Source: Octopus bimaculoides (Eukaryota). Taken from it: 63,723 bases of DNA. Location of the stretch: positions 39,417,598 through 39,481,320 of the forward strand of contig NC_068981.1 of assembly GCF_001194135.2 (NCBI RefSeq), read 5' to 3'. Under the pieces are notes generated by a model. That model saw only the letters and a list, made by a program, of their open reading frames with translations. It did no database searches and was not told the DNA's origin. Position 1 is the stretch's first letter, and each line of letters opens with the position of its first letter. Position numbers and translations under genes: made by a program. This document shows positions 12,611 to 24,897 of the stretch, in pieces.

Positions 12611-13544
12611 TACATACATTCATACATACTTACATACATACATACATACATACATAGAGGCCCTGAGATGTGTAACACACTGACTAAATACCAATCTTGA
12701 GAAATTAAGCTTCTCAAAACCAGAAAGGAGAAAGCTTTTTGAGGACTACAGATCCAATCCATCACTGGAATTGTAAAAATCTGTAAAACTTTGCAGAAGT
12801 TTATCATTTAGGTATATATGAGCATGTCTAGATATGCACCTATATGCATGAGAATACATACATAAAACATACAAATCTGCACATACATACATACATACAA
12901 AAATACTCTGTTGTTAATGTTGAAATTCCAATGAAGGAGCTTTGGATCTAGGTTAGAAACTGGTTCTTTCCCTACTAGCAATAAATCTTGAAATAAACTG
13001 AATAATGACATACATACATGCATACATATATACATCAAGCTTTTTCCTTCTGATTCTCATTTCCCCACCAATACCTATCACTCCTTCATCTGTGGCAGTA
13101 CTCAACAGCTGGAATAAGAATCAGCACATATTAAATCCCCTCCCTTCTGGCCACCTCCCTACCCTTTTCTCTCTGGAACTACTTCCACTCCTCATTATCA
13201 TCCCTGCCTACACTATTTCTACCAATCATCCTACTATTTTCTCATCTATTCTCCTTCTTGACCCACTCCTATATCTCTCACCTTGCCCCTCTTCATAATG
13301 ATGTTTCCCTTCAACCATACACCCACCTTTGTTCATCACTCACTATATTCACCTCTACCCCCATAATTAACCATTTGTTACACCCCACTCACACTCTCAT
13401 GAAAGTATTCACTTTCTCTCATCCTTCCCATAGCCTAATGATCATATTCTCTCTTATGCTCACTCTCTTGTACATTGATAGTTTTCTCTAGCACCCCATT
13501 CTAACCTTCTTTTATCTCATTCTACCATGTATCACCTGTATACA

Positions 13545-13728
13545 CAAGCGTAGCTGGAGGGGGGGGGGGGGGGGTATAGGGGCAATCTGCCCCTGGTGGC
13601 ACTTATAAAGGGGCAGCACTTTTCATCCTAATGCAGGCTATTGTTGTAGGCAATATGTGATATTTGTGGGGTCTGGGGGTGACAAACAGAAAGGCCCCTC
13701 CCTGGGTGGCACACTCTAGCTATGCTAG
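13545..13728. mobile_element. GC-rich MITE with degenerate TIRs (hAT/Harbinger-type)
   Basis: Left caagcgtagctggag versus reverse complement of right end ctagcatagctagag (12/15). Internal ggggcaatctgcccc palindrome and G-runs. Confidence 0.6.
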
Positions 13729-13904
13729 TTCCTGTATAGCAAGACACCTGTGCTTGACTTTCTACCACTTTGTCTTTAACCTTTTAACACATGGCATGAA
13801 ACCACGCACCACCACCTTCCCCTCTCAAATACTCTCCTTTTTGTTGTGGAAGTTTTTCACCAGTTTTTTCCTGTCTTCCAAGTTACATAGCAGCTTCACC
13901 AGTG

Positions 13905-14110
13905 CTGGTGGCATGAAAAAAGAACTCAGTACATTCCATAATGTGGTTGGCATTAGGAAGGATATCCAACCTAAAAACCACATTGGAGCTGATTTCACAG
14001 CTTGATGCTACCTTGCAGCTCATTGGATCCTGTCAAACCATCCAACCCATGCCAGCATGAAAAACAGACGGAAAATGATGATGGTAATGATGACGATGAT
14101 GGTATGGTGA
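13905..14110 (+). mobile_element. RTE-type 3' tail SINE/LINE end
   Basis: gtggttggcattaggaagg...catccaacccatgccagcatgaaaaacagacg..(gat)n, same family as 2513-2757. Confidence 0.75.
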
Positions 14111-14164
14111 TGATAGGAGCCTAACCAACTTAAACAACTTAAACAATCCTAACCAACTTAAAAA

Positions 14165-14370
14165 AGGAGACCGCCCAGAAGAGCTGCAAGAGATTCCGAA
14201 GTCATGTGGAGGCCATAGTTGAAGCAAATGGTGGTGTTATTGAATAAATTTACTCTTAGGCATTTCAAGATACCTTCATGTAATTGTAGTAAACATATCT
14301 GTTAAAATGAGATTTTAGTGTTATTTTCATTTTTGTGTAATTTAGATGACAGTTTATTCACCGCACCCTG
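14165..14370 (+). mobile_element. Tc1/mariner 3' end fragment
   Basis: ...SCKRFRSHVEAIVEANGGVIE* C-terminus followed by TIR end ttattcaccgcaccctg|TA. Confidence 0.8.
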
Positions 14371-14380
14371 TATATATATA

Positions 14381-14430
<50 letters not shown>

Positions 14431-15101
14431 AATGTATAAGGTGGGTGTAATGAAAGAAACTCTAATGAGAATTACATACACTACAAATAATACTACATAT
14501 ACTACGAATATTTTTGTCTTCAAATGCAGTCTTCGTGTGTTTACTACCTAAATAATGGAAATACTTATTGAAGTGTTGTCTTCAAATAATTCATCCAGAT
14601 TCAGTGTTTTCCTATTAATATTGATTTTGGTAGTATTTGAACTAAGAATGATTAAAGACAAATTGAAAATTTTAGGCTCTTGTCCAGTGCTCTACAACAT
14701 GCAACAATTCTAAAATACTCATGTGAGTCAATATTAATCAATATAGAAACATAAACATTAAAATCAAAGGAAAATGTGATAAACTTTGTTAGAGAAATCA
14801 CATATCTATTGTAGACCATTAAAACATGCTAATGATTACATTATAGAGGCATTGATCTGTTTGGGAACTTGAGAGAAAACTTGTTTGCATTTTAAATACT
14901 GAATAAGTATGAGACATTTTTATTTATTGATCGATGGTAAAGTATAGACTTGTTAAGAATGAAATCATCGACAAAAATGGCTAAACCATAAACAAGAGTT
15001 TAGAAAGGCCTTATACAAATCAATATAAAAATGTCAGCTTCTTTGAAGATGTATATTAGAATTTGCAATTGAATTTTTAGTAAATAAACACAAGGTTCAT
15101 A

Positions 15102-15500
15102 AGGGGTCTGTACCAGAAGCAAGCTAACTTTAAAAAATATATTGATTTACTTAACAATTTAATCATCAAAATAGTCCTGTCCACAACTGATACATTGTTT
15201 CCAATGTTTTTACAATTTTGAAACGCATCCTGAAACCTGCTTTCAGGGACAGTGTACAGTTCTTGTAGCAAATATTCTTTCCATTTCATCTCCCGCTTGA
15301 AGTCGGTAACCTTTTAGAATGGATTTCAAAACCGGAACTTAAAAGAAGCCAAATCCATTGAGGAGGATGGCTGAGGATGTGAGTAATCTTATGTTTTGCT
15401 ACAAAAGCTCCAATAAGGTGTGATGTACGAGGTTTTGTATGCCTATACTTCAGACTTCTTCCTCTACTCTGTCTCACGTTAACATCTCGGGTTATCAACG
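15102..15500 (-). mobile_element. mariner 3' fragment (transposase C-terminus + TIR)
   Basis: Minus-strand HILSHPP.., DEMKW.., FQDAFQNCKN match the mariner HPPYSPDL...FQxxFxxW.RW region. TIR-like aaggggtctgtaccagaa at about 15101. Confidence 0.75.
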
Positions 15501-15917
15501 TATGACTACTTCATGAGCGCCTGCCTACTAGAACAACCATAGGATTATGGTCGCCTTTTAAATGATAAAATCATGATCAATATCACCCTTATACCTTGTG
15601 ATCCATCTGCTGTGAACATTAAATCGAATTATAGAAATGAGTTTAAATCCATCACTTTCACAGCACTAGTGCCAAGTTGTTCATGCTCTGTGGTTCATGA
15701 CGCTGATATTTTGTTGCTTGGAAAACAGTAAACAAAAACAAACATACTATATCCTCAGTGTTTTACTATGTCGCTCTGTAACCTGTCATTCAGCAATTAC
15801 GTTGTTTGTATCTAGCAAATTTTTATGCCATGCAACTCTTAACTCCGAGGTTTATCATTTCGATGATTCTGTTGGTGGCAGATGATTTTCTTTTCTTCAT
15901 AGGAACAGCAAACTCAC

Positions 15918-16024
15918 CAAATCTTCTGAATACTGCTGCCATGTAGTAGTAGTGATTTTTTCCATTCATATTCTTTTCACTTGGGTGGCGGGGTGAATAT
16001 TTGTAATTGTAAATACATGGAGAG
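15918..16024 (-). other. Candidate 107-nt exon (SPCIYNYKYSPRHPSEKNMNGKNHYYYMAAVFRRF)
   Basis: Acceptor cagtacttttag, donor TTG|gtgagt; one fully open frame. Confidence 0.25.
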
Positions 16025-16327
16025 CTAAAAGTACTGTTAATGTGAATAAATAAAATACGAAAGCCATACAGTAAAATGTTTAATCTATGAAAACAATTCA
16101 TTTTAGCAGATAAGTGACACATAGGTTGCACCATAGTACAACAAAAATGAAGAGAGTGCTCAATACAGAAAGTAGAGCATCAAAATATAATACATAGAAA
16201 GTTTTTAACTGAGATCAGTCCCCAATTGTCAAAATCTGGACATATTTGTCCCCATATTTGTATGTGCATGACTGTATATATTTTTATTGTTTTGTTATAT
16301 CAATATGTTTTATTCTTATTACATATA

Positions 16328-16860
16328 CAGGGTGTCCCAAAAGTAACTGATGGGTTTCAATTTTTAATAACTTCCTTAACTTTATAAATAAATACATGAA
16401 ATTTTGATACAATATAAACGACATAATGGCCATTAATATGCACAAGTCAAATTTTGCAACACCACTATATCATATATGAAAATTTTACTTCACATGCCCG
16501 TGCTCTTTCCAAAACTTGCACCATAACACCCTCAAGAGTTTCAGAGCCCACTTCTCTGATTTCGCTATTTATGTTCTCCTTCAGTTGCACCAGGGTCTCT
16601 GGTTTGTTGACATAAACCTTCTCTTTCAGGTATCCCCACGAGAAAAAATCCGGGCTAGTTAAGTCTGGGAAACATGAAGGCCATTCAAAGTAGACCTCAC
16701 ATATGGTTCCAGCAAGATGGGGCAACTGCTCATACTGCAAGAGAAACAATGCAGTTGCTATAGCAGTGCTTTGGAGAGAGAATAATCTCATGCTACGGCA
16801 ATGTCAACTAGCCTTCACATTCCCCAGACTTGACTATTTATTTCTACATGGAAGCTTCCA
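16328..16860 (-). mobile_element. Tc1/mariner (WFQQDGA / WPxxSPDL type) 3' end with internal inverted duplication
   Basis: TA|CAGGGTGTCCCAAAAG TIR. Minus 16700-16465 reads WPSCFPDLTSPDFFSWGYLKEKVYVNKPETLVQLKENI. Plus 16701-16850 reads IWFQQDGATAHTARETMQLL*QCFGERIISCYGNVN*PSHSPDLT. Confidence 0.9.
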
Positions 16861-17072
16861 AGTAAAAATAAATTTAAACTGCCTTTGTAATTTTAAACTT
16901 AATACCCAAGAACTGTAGACTATTGAAGATAATCTCACTTCCACAGTGTGTGATCGCATTACAATCATATCTAAAGATTCATGTGAGAAATAGCATTAAA
17001 CAAACTGCAGGCATGGCCATGAAATCATGTCAACGTTACATATATGTATATATATGTATGTATGTATATGTA

Positions 17073-18267
17073 CAGAGGGCTTGGACAAAATAATGGAAAC
17101 ACCAAGTATCATAGCATCACAATTTTGAAATATCTATAAAACCGTCAAAAGCTTGTTTATTTTTATGTTTTTTGATTTAATATTAGCATTACTTAATATG
17201 TTTTGCTAAAATTGCTGTTTCTTTTCAGATATCATCAGAAAAGAGGTAATTCATTAAGACGACAGATCTGTCAGACTTTCAAAGAGGTCAAACTGTTGGT
17301 GCTCGTATGGCAGGCACTAGTGTCATGAAAACAGCCGAATGTTTGGTGTATCAAGAAGTACTGTCTCGAAAGTAATGACAGCCTTTGAGAGAGAGAGAAA
17401 AGCTTCCTTGTCGAAACAAAACTCCAGAAGAAAACCAAAACTTTCAGATAGGGACCGTCAGACTCTTACGCAAATTGTTAGAAAGGATCACAAAAGTACA
17501 GCTCCCAAAATTACTGCAGAGCTTAATGACCACCTCGAGAGCCCAGTTTCCACAAAAGCTGTATGCCGGAAGCTGCACAAAGCTGGATTTCATGGGAGGG
17601 CTGCAATCAGGAAACCACTACTTTCAAAAACAAATGTTACAAAGCGTTTAGAGTGGAGTAAAAACCTAGAGAATTGGTCCCTAGAGCAGTGGAAGAATGT
17701 TATTTTCTTGGACGTGTCATCCTTTGCCTTATTTCCAACCACCGGCCGAGTATACATGTGGAGATAGCCAAAAGAAGCATTTGACCCAGACTGCCTTCTT
17801 ACTGTTAAACATGGATGAGGATCTGTGATGATCGGGGTGGTGGGGGTCTATATCTTGGAAATCCACCGGCCCAATGGACTCCCTTCATGGAAGAATTAAT
17901 AATCAAGACTATTTAAGCATTTTATCTGATCACATTCCTCCTATGGTTGCAGAAATGTTTCCGGGGTAAAATGCAATACTTCAAGATGATAATGCACTAA
18001 TTTGAACAGCTAAAGTTGTTACTGAATAGCACGAGGAATATTCTACTGAAGTTGAACATCTTATCTGGTCACTACAGTTCCCAGATCTCAATATTATTGA
18101 ACAATCACTATAAGAACTGGAGACTGTTTTAGTTGAAGAATAGACAAAAATTCCATTGGAAACAATTCAAACTTTCTACGAGTGCGAAACTCGTAGAATT
18201 CAAGCTGTGTATTAAAATTAATTTGTTTGAAATTTTAAGGTGTTTATATTATTTTGTCCCCCCATTG
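17073..18267 (+). mobile_element. Full-length (~1.2 kb) defective Tc1 transposon
   Basis: TA-flanked TIRs CAGAGGGCTTGGACAAAATAATGGAAACACC and rc CAATGGGGGGACAAAATAATATAAACACC. The transposase ORF 17339-17767 (GVSRSTVSKV..RKPKLSDRDRQTL..KPLLSKTNVTKRLEW..WKNVIF) is followed by stops and frameshifts. Confidence 0.95.
17339..17767 (+). pseudogene. Tc1 transposase, disrupted
   Basis: Paired-like HTH and start of the DDE domain are recognisable. There is a stop at 17765-17767 and the downstream KHG*GSVM is disrupted. Confidence 0.9.
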
Positions 18268-18270
18268 TAT

Positions 18271-18309
<39 letters not shown>

Positions 18310-18313
<4 letters not shown>

Positions 18314-19155
18314 GTGTCCCAAAAGAGTTTTAATTTTTAATAACTTCCTTAACTTTACTAATAAATGCATAAAATCTTGATACTATAGGAAAGTGGGTTA
18401 TACATCATTAGATGTATACCTGACTTTCCTATATAAAATTAAGAATATAACGGAACGCTGAACTCCAGACTATCAACTTAAACAACATTTATTCAGGTGG
18501 TAAATATATACATCTTTAGCTCTTGTTTGTAGTTACAGCTTCTGTGTGTGTGAGCATAGTTGTTGGGACGTTGGTATGTGGATGTAAGCGAGCTGTCGAG
18601 CGTAAGTCCGAAAGATGGAGAGAGACAGCTAAACACGTCCATGCTCAATCGCTGGCCAGCAAGAAAGAGACAGAATGTAGCGGGAAAGCTTGCTTGTTGA
18701 ATTCCACGCATGCATGAGACTACGCATGCGCACGGCGTTACTACAATACAATATGAAGGAAATTGATATGCACAAGTCAAATTTTGCAACACCACTACAT
18801 CACATATGAAAAATGATATCGTTTTAATAACAGCCATTTTCGGCTACGCATGCCCGTGCTCTTTCCAAAACTTGCGCCATAACACCCTAAAGAGTTTCCG
18901 ACTCCACTTCTTTGATTTTTCTATTGATGTTCTCCTTCAGTTGCACCAGGATCTTCAGTTTGTTGACATAACAATATCGCTGCCATTTAAGCGATATTGT
19001 TTTTCATATGTGATGTAGTGGTTTTGCAAAATTTGACTTATGCATATTTCTTTCCATTATGTCCTTTATATTGTATCCGAATTGTACGCATATATTTGCA
19101 GAGTTAAGGAAGTTATTGAAAATTGAAACTCATCAGTTACTTTTGGGACATACTG
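18310..19155. mobile_element. Non-autonomous fold-back derivative of the 16328 Tc1/mariner family, containing a nested insertion
   Basis: TA-flanked ends CAGAGTGTCCCAAAAG / rc CAGTATGTCCCAAAAG. 18975-19155 is the reverse complement of the family's terminal ~180 bp. Transposase remnant at 18850-18968. Confidence 0.85.
18384..18745 (-). mobile_element. Putative solo LTR (362 bp) with 4-bp ATAC target-site duplication
   Basis: On the minus strand it begins TGTAGTAAC and ends CCTATA (CA>TA), with AATAAA near 18488-18493. Flanks are atac 18380-18383 and atac 18746-18749, and the host element sequence resumes after it. Confidence 0.6.
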
Positions 19156-19199
19156 TATAAAAATGCTAAGACTACTCTCTATAGTTACTCCCAGTTTTG

Positions 19200-21350
19200 C
19201 GAGTATGCTCAGTAGTGAATGCTCATCAATAAGCTAAATTACAAACTAAAGTATATGAACGAATACTGGAGGCAAAGGCGTTTTTTTTTTGTTTTCTTTA
19301 TTACAACATGGTGAATGAGGACTGAAAAATAATAATGAGAAAATATTTGAAACACATTTCTTCATTAGTATCAAAAGCAGAAAAAGAAATGCGTCTAAAG
19401 AAAATGTATATGAGAAAGAGTAAATGAAAGAAGAAAAACTAATGTAAATATGACTAATAAGAAAAGCTCAATATGCATGGAGACATGCATGCACGCACAC
19501 ACACATACATGTATGTATGTATGTATATCACACACATATACACAATCTTACTCGTGCACACTTACACATACTGACACGCAAGCGTCTATATTTTTCATTT
19601 CGTACCGTAGTATAGATTAAATAAAAAATAAATTTACTGGTACACTAGTGATTAAATAATATATGAAAAAATTGCTGGTGCACTTCGCATAAAAAGTTGA
19701 GTACAAGTATGTTCTAAAGTTAAAATGAAAGCAAAATTTTAAAAAAATAGAAATAGAAATGAAAAAATACTGAAAATTATTGCGTACTTTGCTTTGTTAA
19801 TCATACTTCAATATAACAAAGTAATAAAATCTGTCTTTTAAGATGTTCAAACACTAATATGGATTTTCTTAACCCTTATATTATATTTGTTATATTCTAA
19901 AATGACACGATGTATCTTGCTACCCCTTGTGGCTCTTCTTTAGGGAACTAGGGAACATAAGACTTATATACATACACTCGACCATGCTTGAATAAAAATA
20001 CGTGTGTGTGTGTAAAGAATAGAAATGGACTGAGGTTCACTACAGCTGTTTCAGGCGTGTTTTTTATTGATGAATAAACCAATTACATTATGAAAATGCA
20101 CCGTTTACGATATATCATAATCCACAGATATAGTAATCTCGACCCTTAGTGTCCTTATTAATTAAAATACCTTGATTCAAATGAATTCTACAAAGTATTA
20201 CATACACACACACACACACACACTCATACACAGTCACACATATATCACTTGTTATTTGCATTCATAGGTATATGTGTGCACACATATGTGCATATACATT
20301 TTTATGTATCCATATGCAAGCATATGTGAAAATGAAAATGTGTAGAGGCGCTTGCATGTTTGTATGCATGTAGATGTGTGTGTGTGTTTATGTATGTATG
20401 TATTTATGTATGTACGTATGCACTACGTATGTATGCTTGTGTGTGTGTGTGTATGTGTGTGTGTGATCTCTGATGATTAGACAGAAATAAAGTGAGCACT
20501 CTTTGCTTTAACTCTGCATGTACAACAGAGTTCAAATGAGCTAAGAAAATATCCAGCTTTAATAGTAATCGGATGTAGAATGTAAAGGAGAAAACTGTAC
20601 TAACATGGGCATGTTGTATAAAAGATACCAAGAACATCAGTTGTACAAAAAATACCAATCGCAAGAAGTGACTAGATCTTGAGCCCGAGTGGCACTTAGG
20701 AAGACATGGAATGATTCTCTTTCTCTTCTTCATTTCTTTAAACACTCATCTGTCACTCAATCGCAGTCCCTCAATCCTATCTACTGTACCACGCCCATGG
20801 TGTAACGGAAAACAGCATTTGATCATTCCATATTTAATCTTTCCCTCTACTATTAGCCTTATAACTCTAACTCACTTCCACCAGCACCTCTCTATCACTT
20901 TATCTTATTTCAACTGCTACATTTGCGTGTAGCAGTAGTTAAAATTTGAAATTGCGTCAGCTTTCTAACGGACTTTTGCCCTGACATAGCAGGTGATCTT
21001 TGCCTATGTTTCAACCAATCATACTTCAGGTGCATTCGTAAATTCGTATGATTCGAATGGAAACTTCTACGCATTTCCCTCCCACAAAAAAAAAGAGAAA
21101 ATACACGGCCACTAACAGAGATGCGTAGTACGGGCTTAGCAGAGGTTCAAAAGAGGGCAGAGATTTGAGAGAAGACAGAGGTTTGGAAGGAGATTATTGG
21201 TAAGCTACGCTGGTCAACCTCATTAAAAAGGACCACCTCACCTACCAGGGACGCAGGACATTCTCATATCTCACCAGCATGATATATACTGATCTCACTT
21301 CTTACCAAACATAAACTCACTTCTGGCATTCAGCAATACAGCCTCCGGTA
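19200..21350. promoter_or_regulatory. CpG-retaining, promoter-like non-repetitive region
   Basis: Roughly 40 CpGs counted by eye in 2.2 kb, against visibly lower density in most flanking unique DNA. CCAAT box (aaccaatca about 21013) and a strong + strand donor CCG|GTAAGT at 21347/21348. Confidence 0.4.
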
Positions 21351-23554
21351 AGTAACCTTTGTAACATCAACAAGGAAATAAATATGATTCATCAAAATTA
21401 AATATCGTTTCTTAAATATTATTTTTGGTTTAAATGTGTTGTACTTTAGCCCAAATGAACCCTGACTGAGTAAAACTATTACTCCAACTATGATCATCTC
21501 ATCATCTTGTCAGGTACACTTTAGAAGGGAACACCATAGATCTAATATAGCCTTCTGTTTGCAAAACAGAAGAGTATGATTTGAGCAAGATTTGGCTGCT
21601 TTTTCCTGAGGTCAACCTTTATATAAGATATGTAGCAGCTGTGTGACAAGAACAATGATAAATTCCCTTCTCTTTGTTTGACAGCACTCTCAGGAAGTAG
21701 AATTCATGCAAAGATTAGATATTAGACAATTTTGTATTATTCAAATTAATACATCTTACAGCTTCTTTTTTTTATTAGCATCAGATCATTTCGCAGAAGT
21801 GCTATTGATGTATAGATTAGTCTGAAATTATGCGGCTATTTTGTTAGAATAGAACCACTTAGGAAACTCTCCTGACGATAACAATTTGTCTTATTATCTT
21901 CTTTCACACTGATATTGATTTATTACCATTTTTTTAGTTCATCATTAATATTTTCAGGAGCATGACAGTGGTGGTGGTTGTAGTGGTGGTGGTGCGACAA
22001 AAAACAGAAGAGAAGAACACTAAATTAAATATTGCACTGTATTTAGATTCCATCTCCTACATATTGTGTTCAGTTCTTAAACAGGATCAACGTTGCTTTT
22101 TTATAAGTTGCAATCTTGGAGTGAGATGCAGTAAGATAAGTACCAGTTATATTCTAAGAATATATAACATCTTATGCTCCCAAATATCTAGCCTAGTTCT
22201 AATTTAAGAAAGTATTACTTTCAAAAACTATGAGAAGCAATGTAGATTATAGGCAAAATCTGATTTAGCTTATTCTACAAGCCAGGTTGAATTTTTTATT
22301 AGAGTAGCATGTTTTTATTTGCATGGCATGTCTCCAACAAGTGTAGCTGTAGCAATATTCCATTTTCCTTTATTAAATATCTACATTCTGTTCTTATTAT
22401 CATTACAATTTACATTTAATGTCCACTTTTCTATGCTTGCATGGCTCAGTCAGAATTTGTTGAAACAGTTTTTCTATGGCTAGATGCCTTTCCTACCACC
22501 TTCCTTTACCTATTTCCAAGCAAGGTAATATTTCTGCATGACTAGACTAGACATGTTTTTCACAGAAGACTGCAAATGAATAGCATGGCTTGTATAAGGG
22601 TGATACTCATTTACAACCATGATATCAAAATAAAAGCACACACACACATAGACACACACTCACGCACACACACACACATACACAGCATAGCCTTCATTTA
22701 AACTCCGTTTTTCTATGATGACATGGGTTGGACAGTTCAACATACACACATGAGCCAGAGGTCTGTGCCAAGCTATTGTACCTGCTAAATCCACTTACAA
22801 GACTTTGGTCAGCTCAGAGCTGTAGCAGAAGCAATTTACTTTACCATGCTTTCATGTGCCTGTTAGTTCATTAGATAAAATTATATTTTGAAACTCTGAT
22901 ACATTCTGCTTAAGTAAAATGACAGTAAAGTAGTTGATTAATCATTATTTATACACCAGATAGTGAGAGTGGCCAGCATGATATTACATATACCAGAGTG
23001 TTATATGATTGAATTCCATTAATTATACTACTATGTAAAGTTTAATCAATTTAGTAGGGTGGATTATTTTAACTAAGACATCTCAGTTATTAATTAGTTA
23101 TTAACTATCCAGTTTTGGTAGTTATTCAGTCGGAGAGTCGCCATCAAATTTTATTTTCGTATAAATATGGAAATAATGCTTAACTTTATTTTGGATTTGG
23201 TTTAGCCCAAATAGTAAAAGCATCATTATTTTCATTTTCAAATTCAGCATGAATCAACCTTATCTTTATTTTTCTATTTATGCTCAATAAAATTATGCTA
23301 TTCTGTTCTAGAGAAAATATCTATAGATTCTTAACCACCGATAGATATAAGGAAACATGTAAACATGTTTGTAGAAAAAAAAAAAAAGAGATAATCCTAA
23401 TTTGATTCAGTCCTGTTTTGAGATTTCACAAATGACTGAGTCCCTCTCCAAAACTCCTTATCCATGAGGATGCTAATTAAAAACCCTATTAATAAGGGTT
23501 TAGGTATATTGGACCCTATTCAATTTACTTCAGTCTTCAATTCATGTCCATCCT

Positions 23555-23768
23555 TAATCCTTTCTACTATAGGCTCAAGGCTTGGAATTTGTGGGGAGAG
23601 AGATAGTCGATTACATTGACACCAGTACTTGACTGGTACTTAATTTATCAACCCTGAAAGGATGAAAGCCAAAGGCAACCTCTGCAGAATTTGAACTCAG
23701 AACGTGAAGGTAGACGAAATACCACTAAGCATTTTCCCAGTGTGCTAATGATTCTGCCAGCTCACCAC
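23555..23768 (-). mobile_element. Meta-domain SINE, near full length
   Basis: The reverse complement contains a tRNA-like head and ctttcatcctttcagggttgataaattaagtaccag, resembling the MetaSINE central domain. Related copies at 50626-50838(+), 46525-46640(-), 35570-35720(+) and 6050-6135. Confidence 0.75.
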
Positions 23769-23960
23769 TTTCACATCCATCCTTAATAACTAACAGGACC
23801 CGTGAATATTCCACTGAATTAATTGTAAAGCTATTGGGTTATTCTTGAAAAAATTTATCCCAAAAACCTGAAAGTGTAGCCTGTGTTGTGTCTGTATCAA
23901 AAGATAGTCATTCATCTGCTGAAAAGTGAAGGAAATTGGAATATGATGATTACTTAATGC

Positions 23961-23992
<32 letters not shown>

Positions 23993-24459
23993 CTCTATAT
24001 ACTTTATGCACAATTTCATAGACTTAATACACAGCACTCATAAAATAAACTTTCACTCTTATTTTTCCATATTTCCAATACAGAGAAAAATTACATCTTA
24101 AAATTTACATGGTCACAGTTTCATATCTAGAAAACAAAAATTTTATAGTAAAAAAATGACTTTAGTGCCACCTGATTAGCACATAAAAGGCACCATTTGA
24201 GTGTGGTTGATGCCAGTATGCCTGACTAGCTCCCATACCAGTGGCATGTAAAAAGCACCATTCAAGCATGACTGATACCAGTGCATCAGTTAAATGACAT
24301 TGAAAGTGATGATGATGACGATGTAAAATATAGGGGTTACAGTTTTATGGAGCTAAAAATTTAATGGAAGATGGCATACTCTGAAAAACACATCGTTGGT
24401 AACTTATAAGTCAAGGTGATGGGTCAGAGCCAATATAAATTTCAGTTTGCATATACCTT

Positions 24460-24775
24460 TCAATCCAATACTTCTTTGCAGACTATGTCCTTGGTGTAAG
24501 TTCTCCTTCTTCTTTTCCCTTGTTTGTCAGTGTTGATAACTTTAACTTTTACATCAGATAATTTGCGAGCCCCTGAGAATGCAACATATAGCTGACCATA
24601 GCTGGATACAGGTTCAGACAAGAACAGCCCTACTTTATCAAATAGTCTGCCCTTGTGATTTGTTGACAGTCATTGCAGGTGACAGGTGAATGGGAAACTG
24701 GTTTCTTTCTAAAGTGAATGACAAGTTTGGGATGTGTATGCGTTAAATGATAGGTGATATATGAAACTTAGTTCA
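24460..24775 (-). mobile_element. Helitron Rep/Helicase C-terminal remnant (PIF1-like motifs)
   Basis: ...FTLERNQFPIHLSPAMTVNKSQGQT / FDKVGLFLSEPVSSYGQLYVAFSGARKLSDVKVKV...YTKDIVCKEVLD* matches QFP.RLxFAMTINKSQGQT / VFSHGQLYVAxSR / TxNIVYxEVL. One frameshift. Confidence 0.9.
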
Positions 24776-24837
24776 AGTAAAAAAAATTACTTTTCACTAT
24801 GCACTCACTATTGCCACCTCCACCACCACCACCACCC

Positions 24838-24897
<60 letters not shown>

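Noticed and set aside
24462-24572. Minus-strand terminal exon ARKLSDVKVKV...EVLD* of a host gene
   Set aside because: It is the end of the Helitron helicase ORF.
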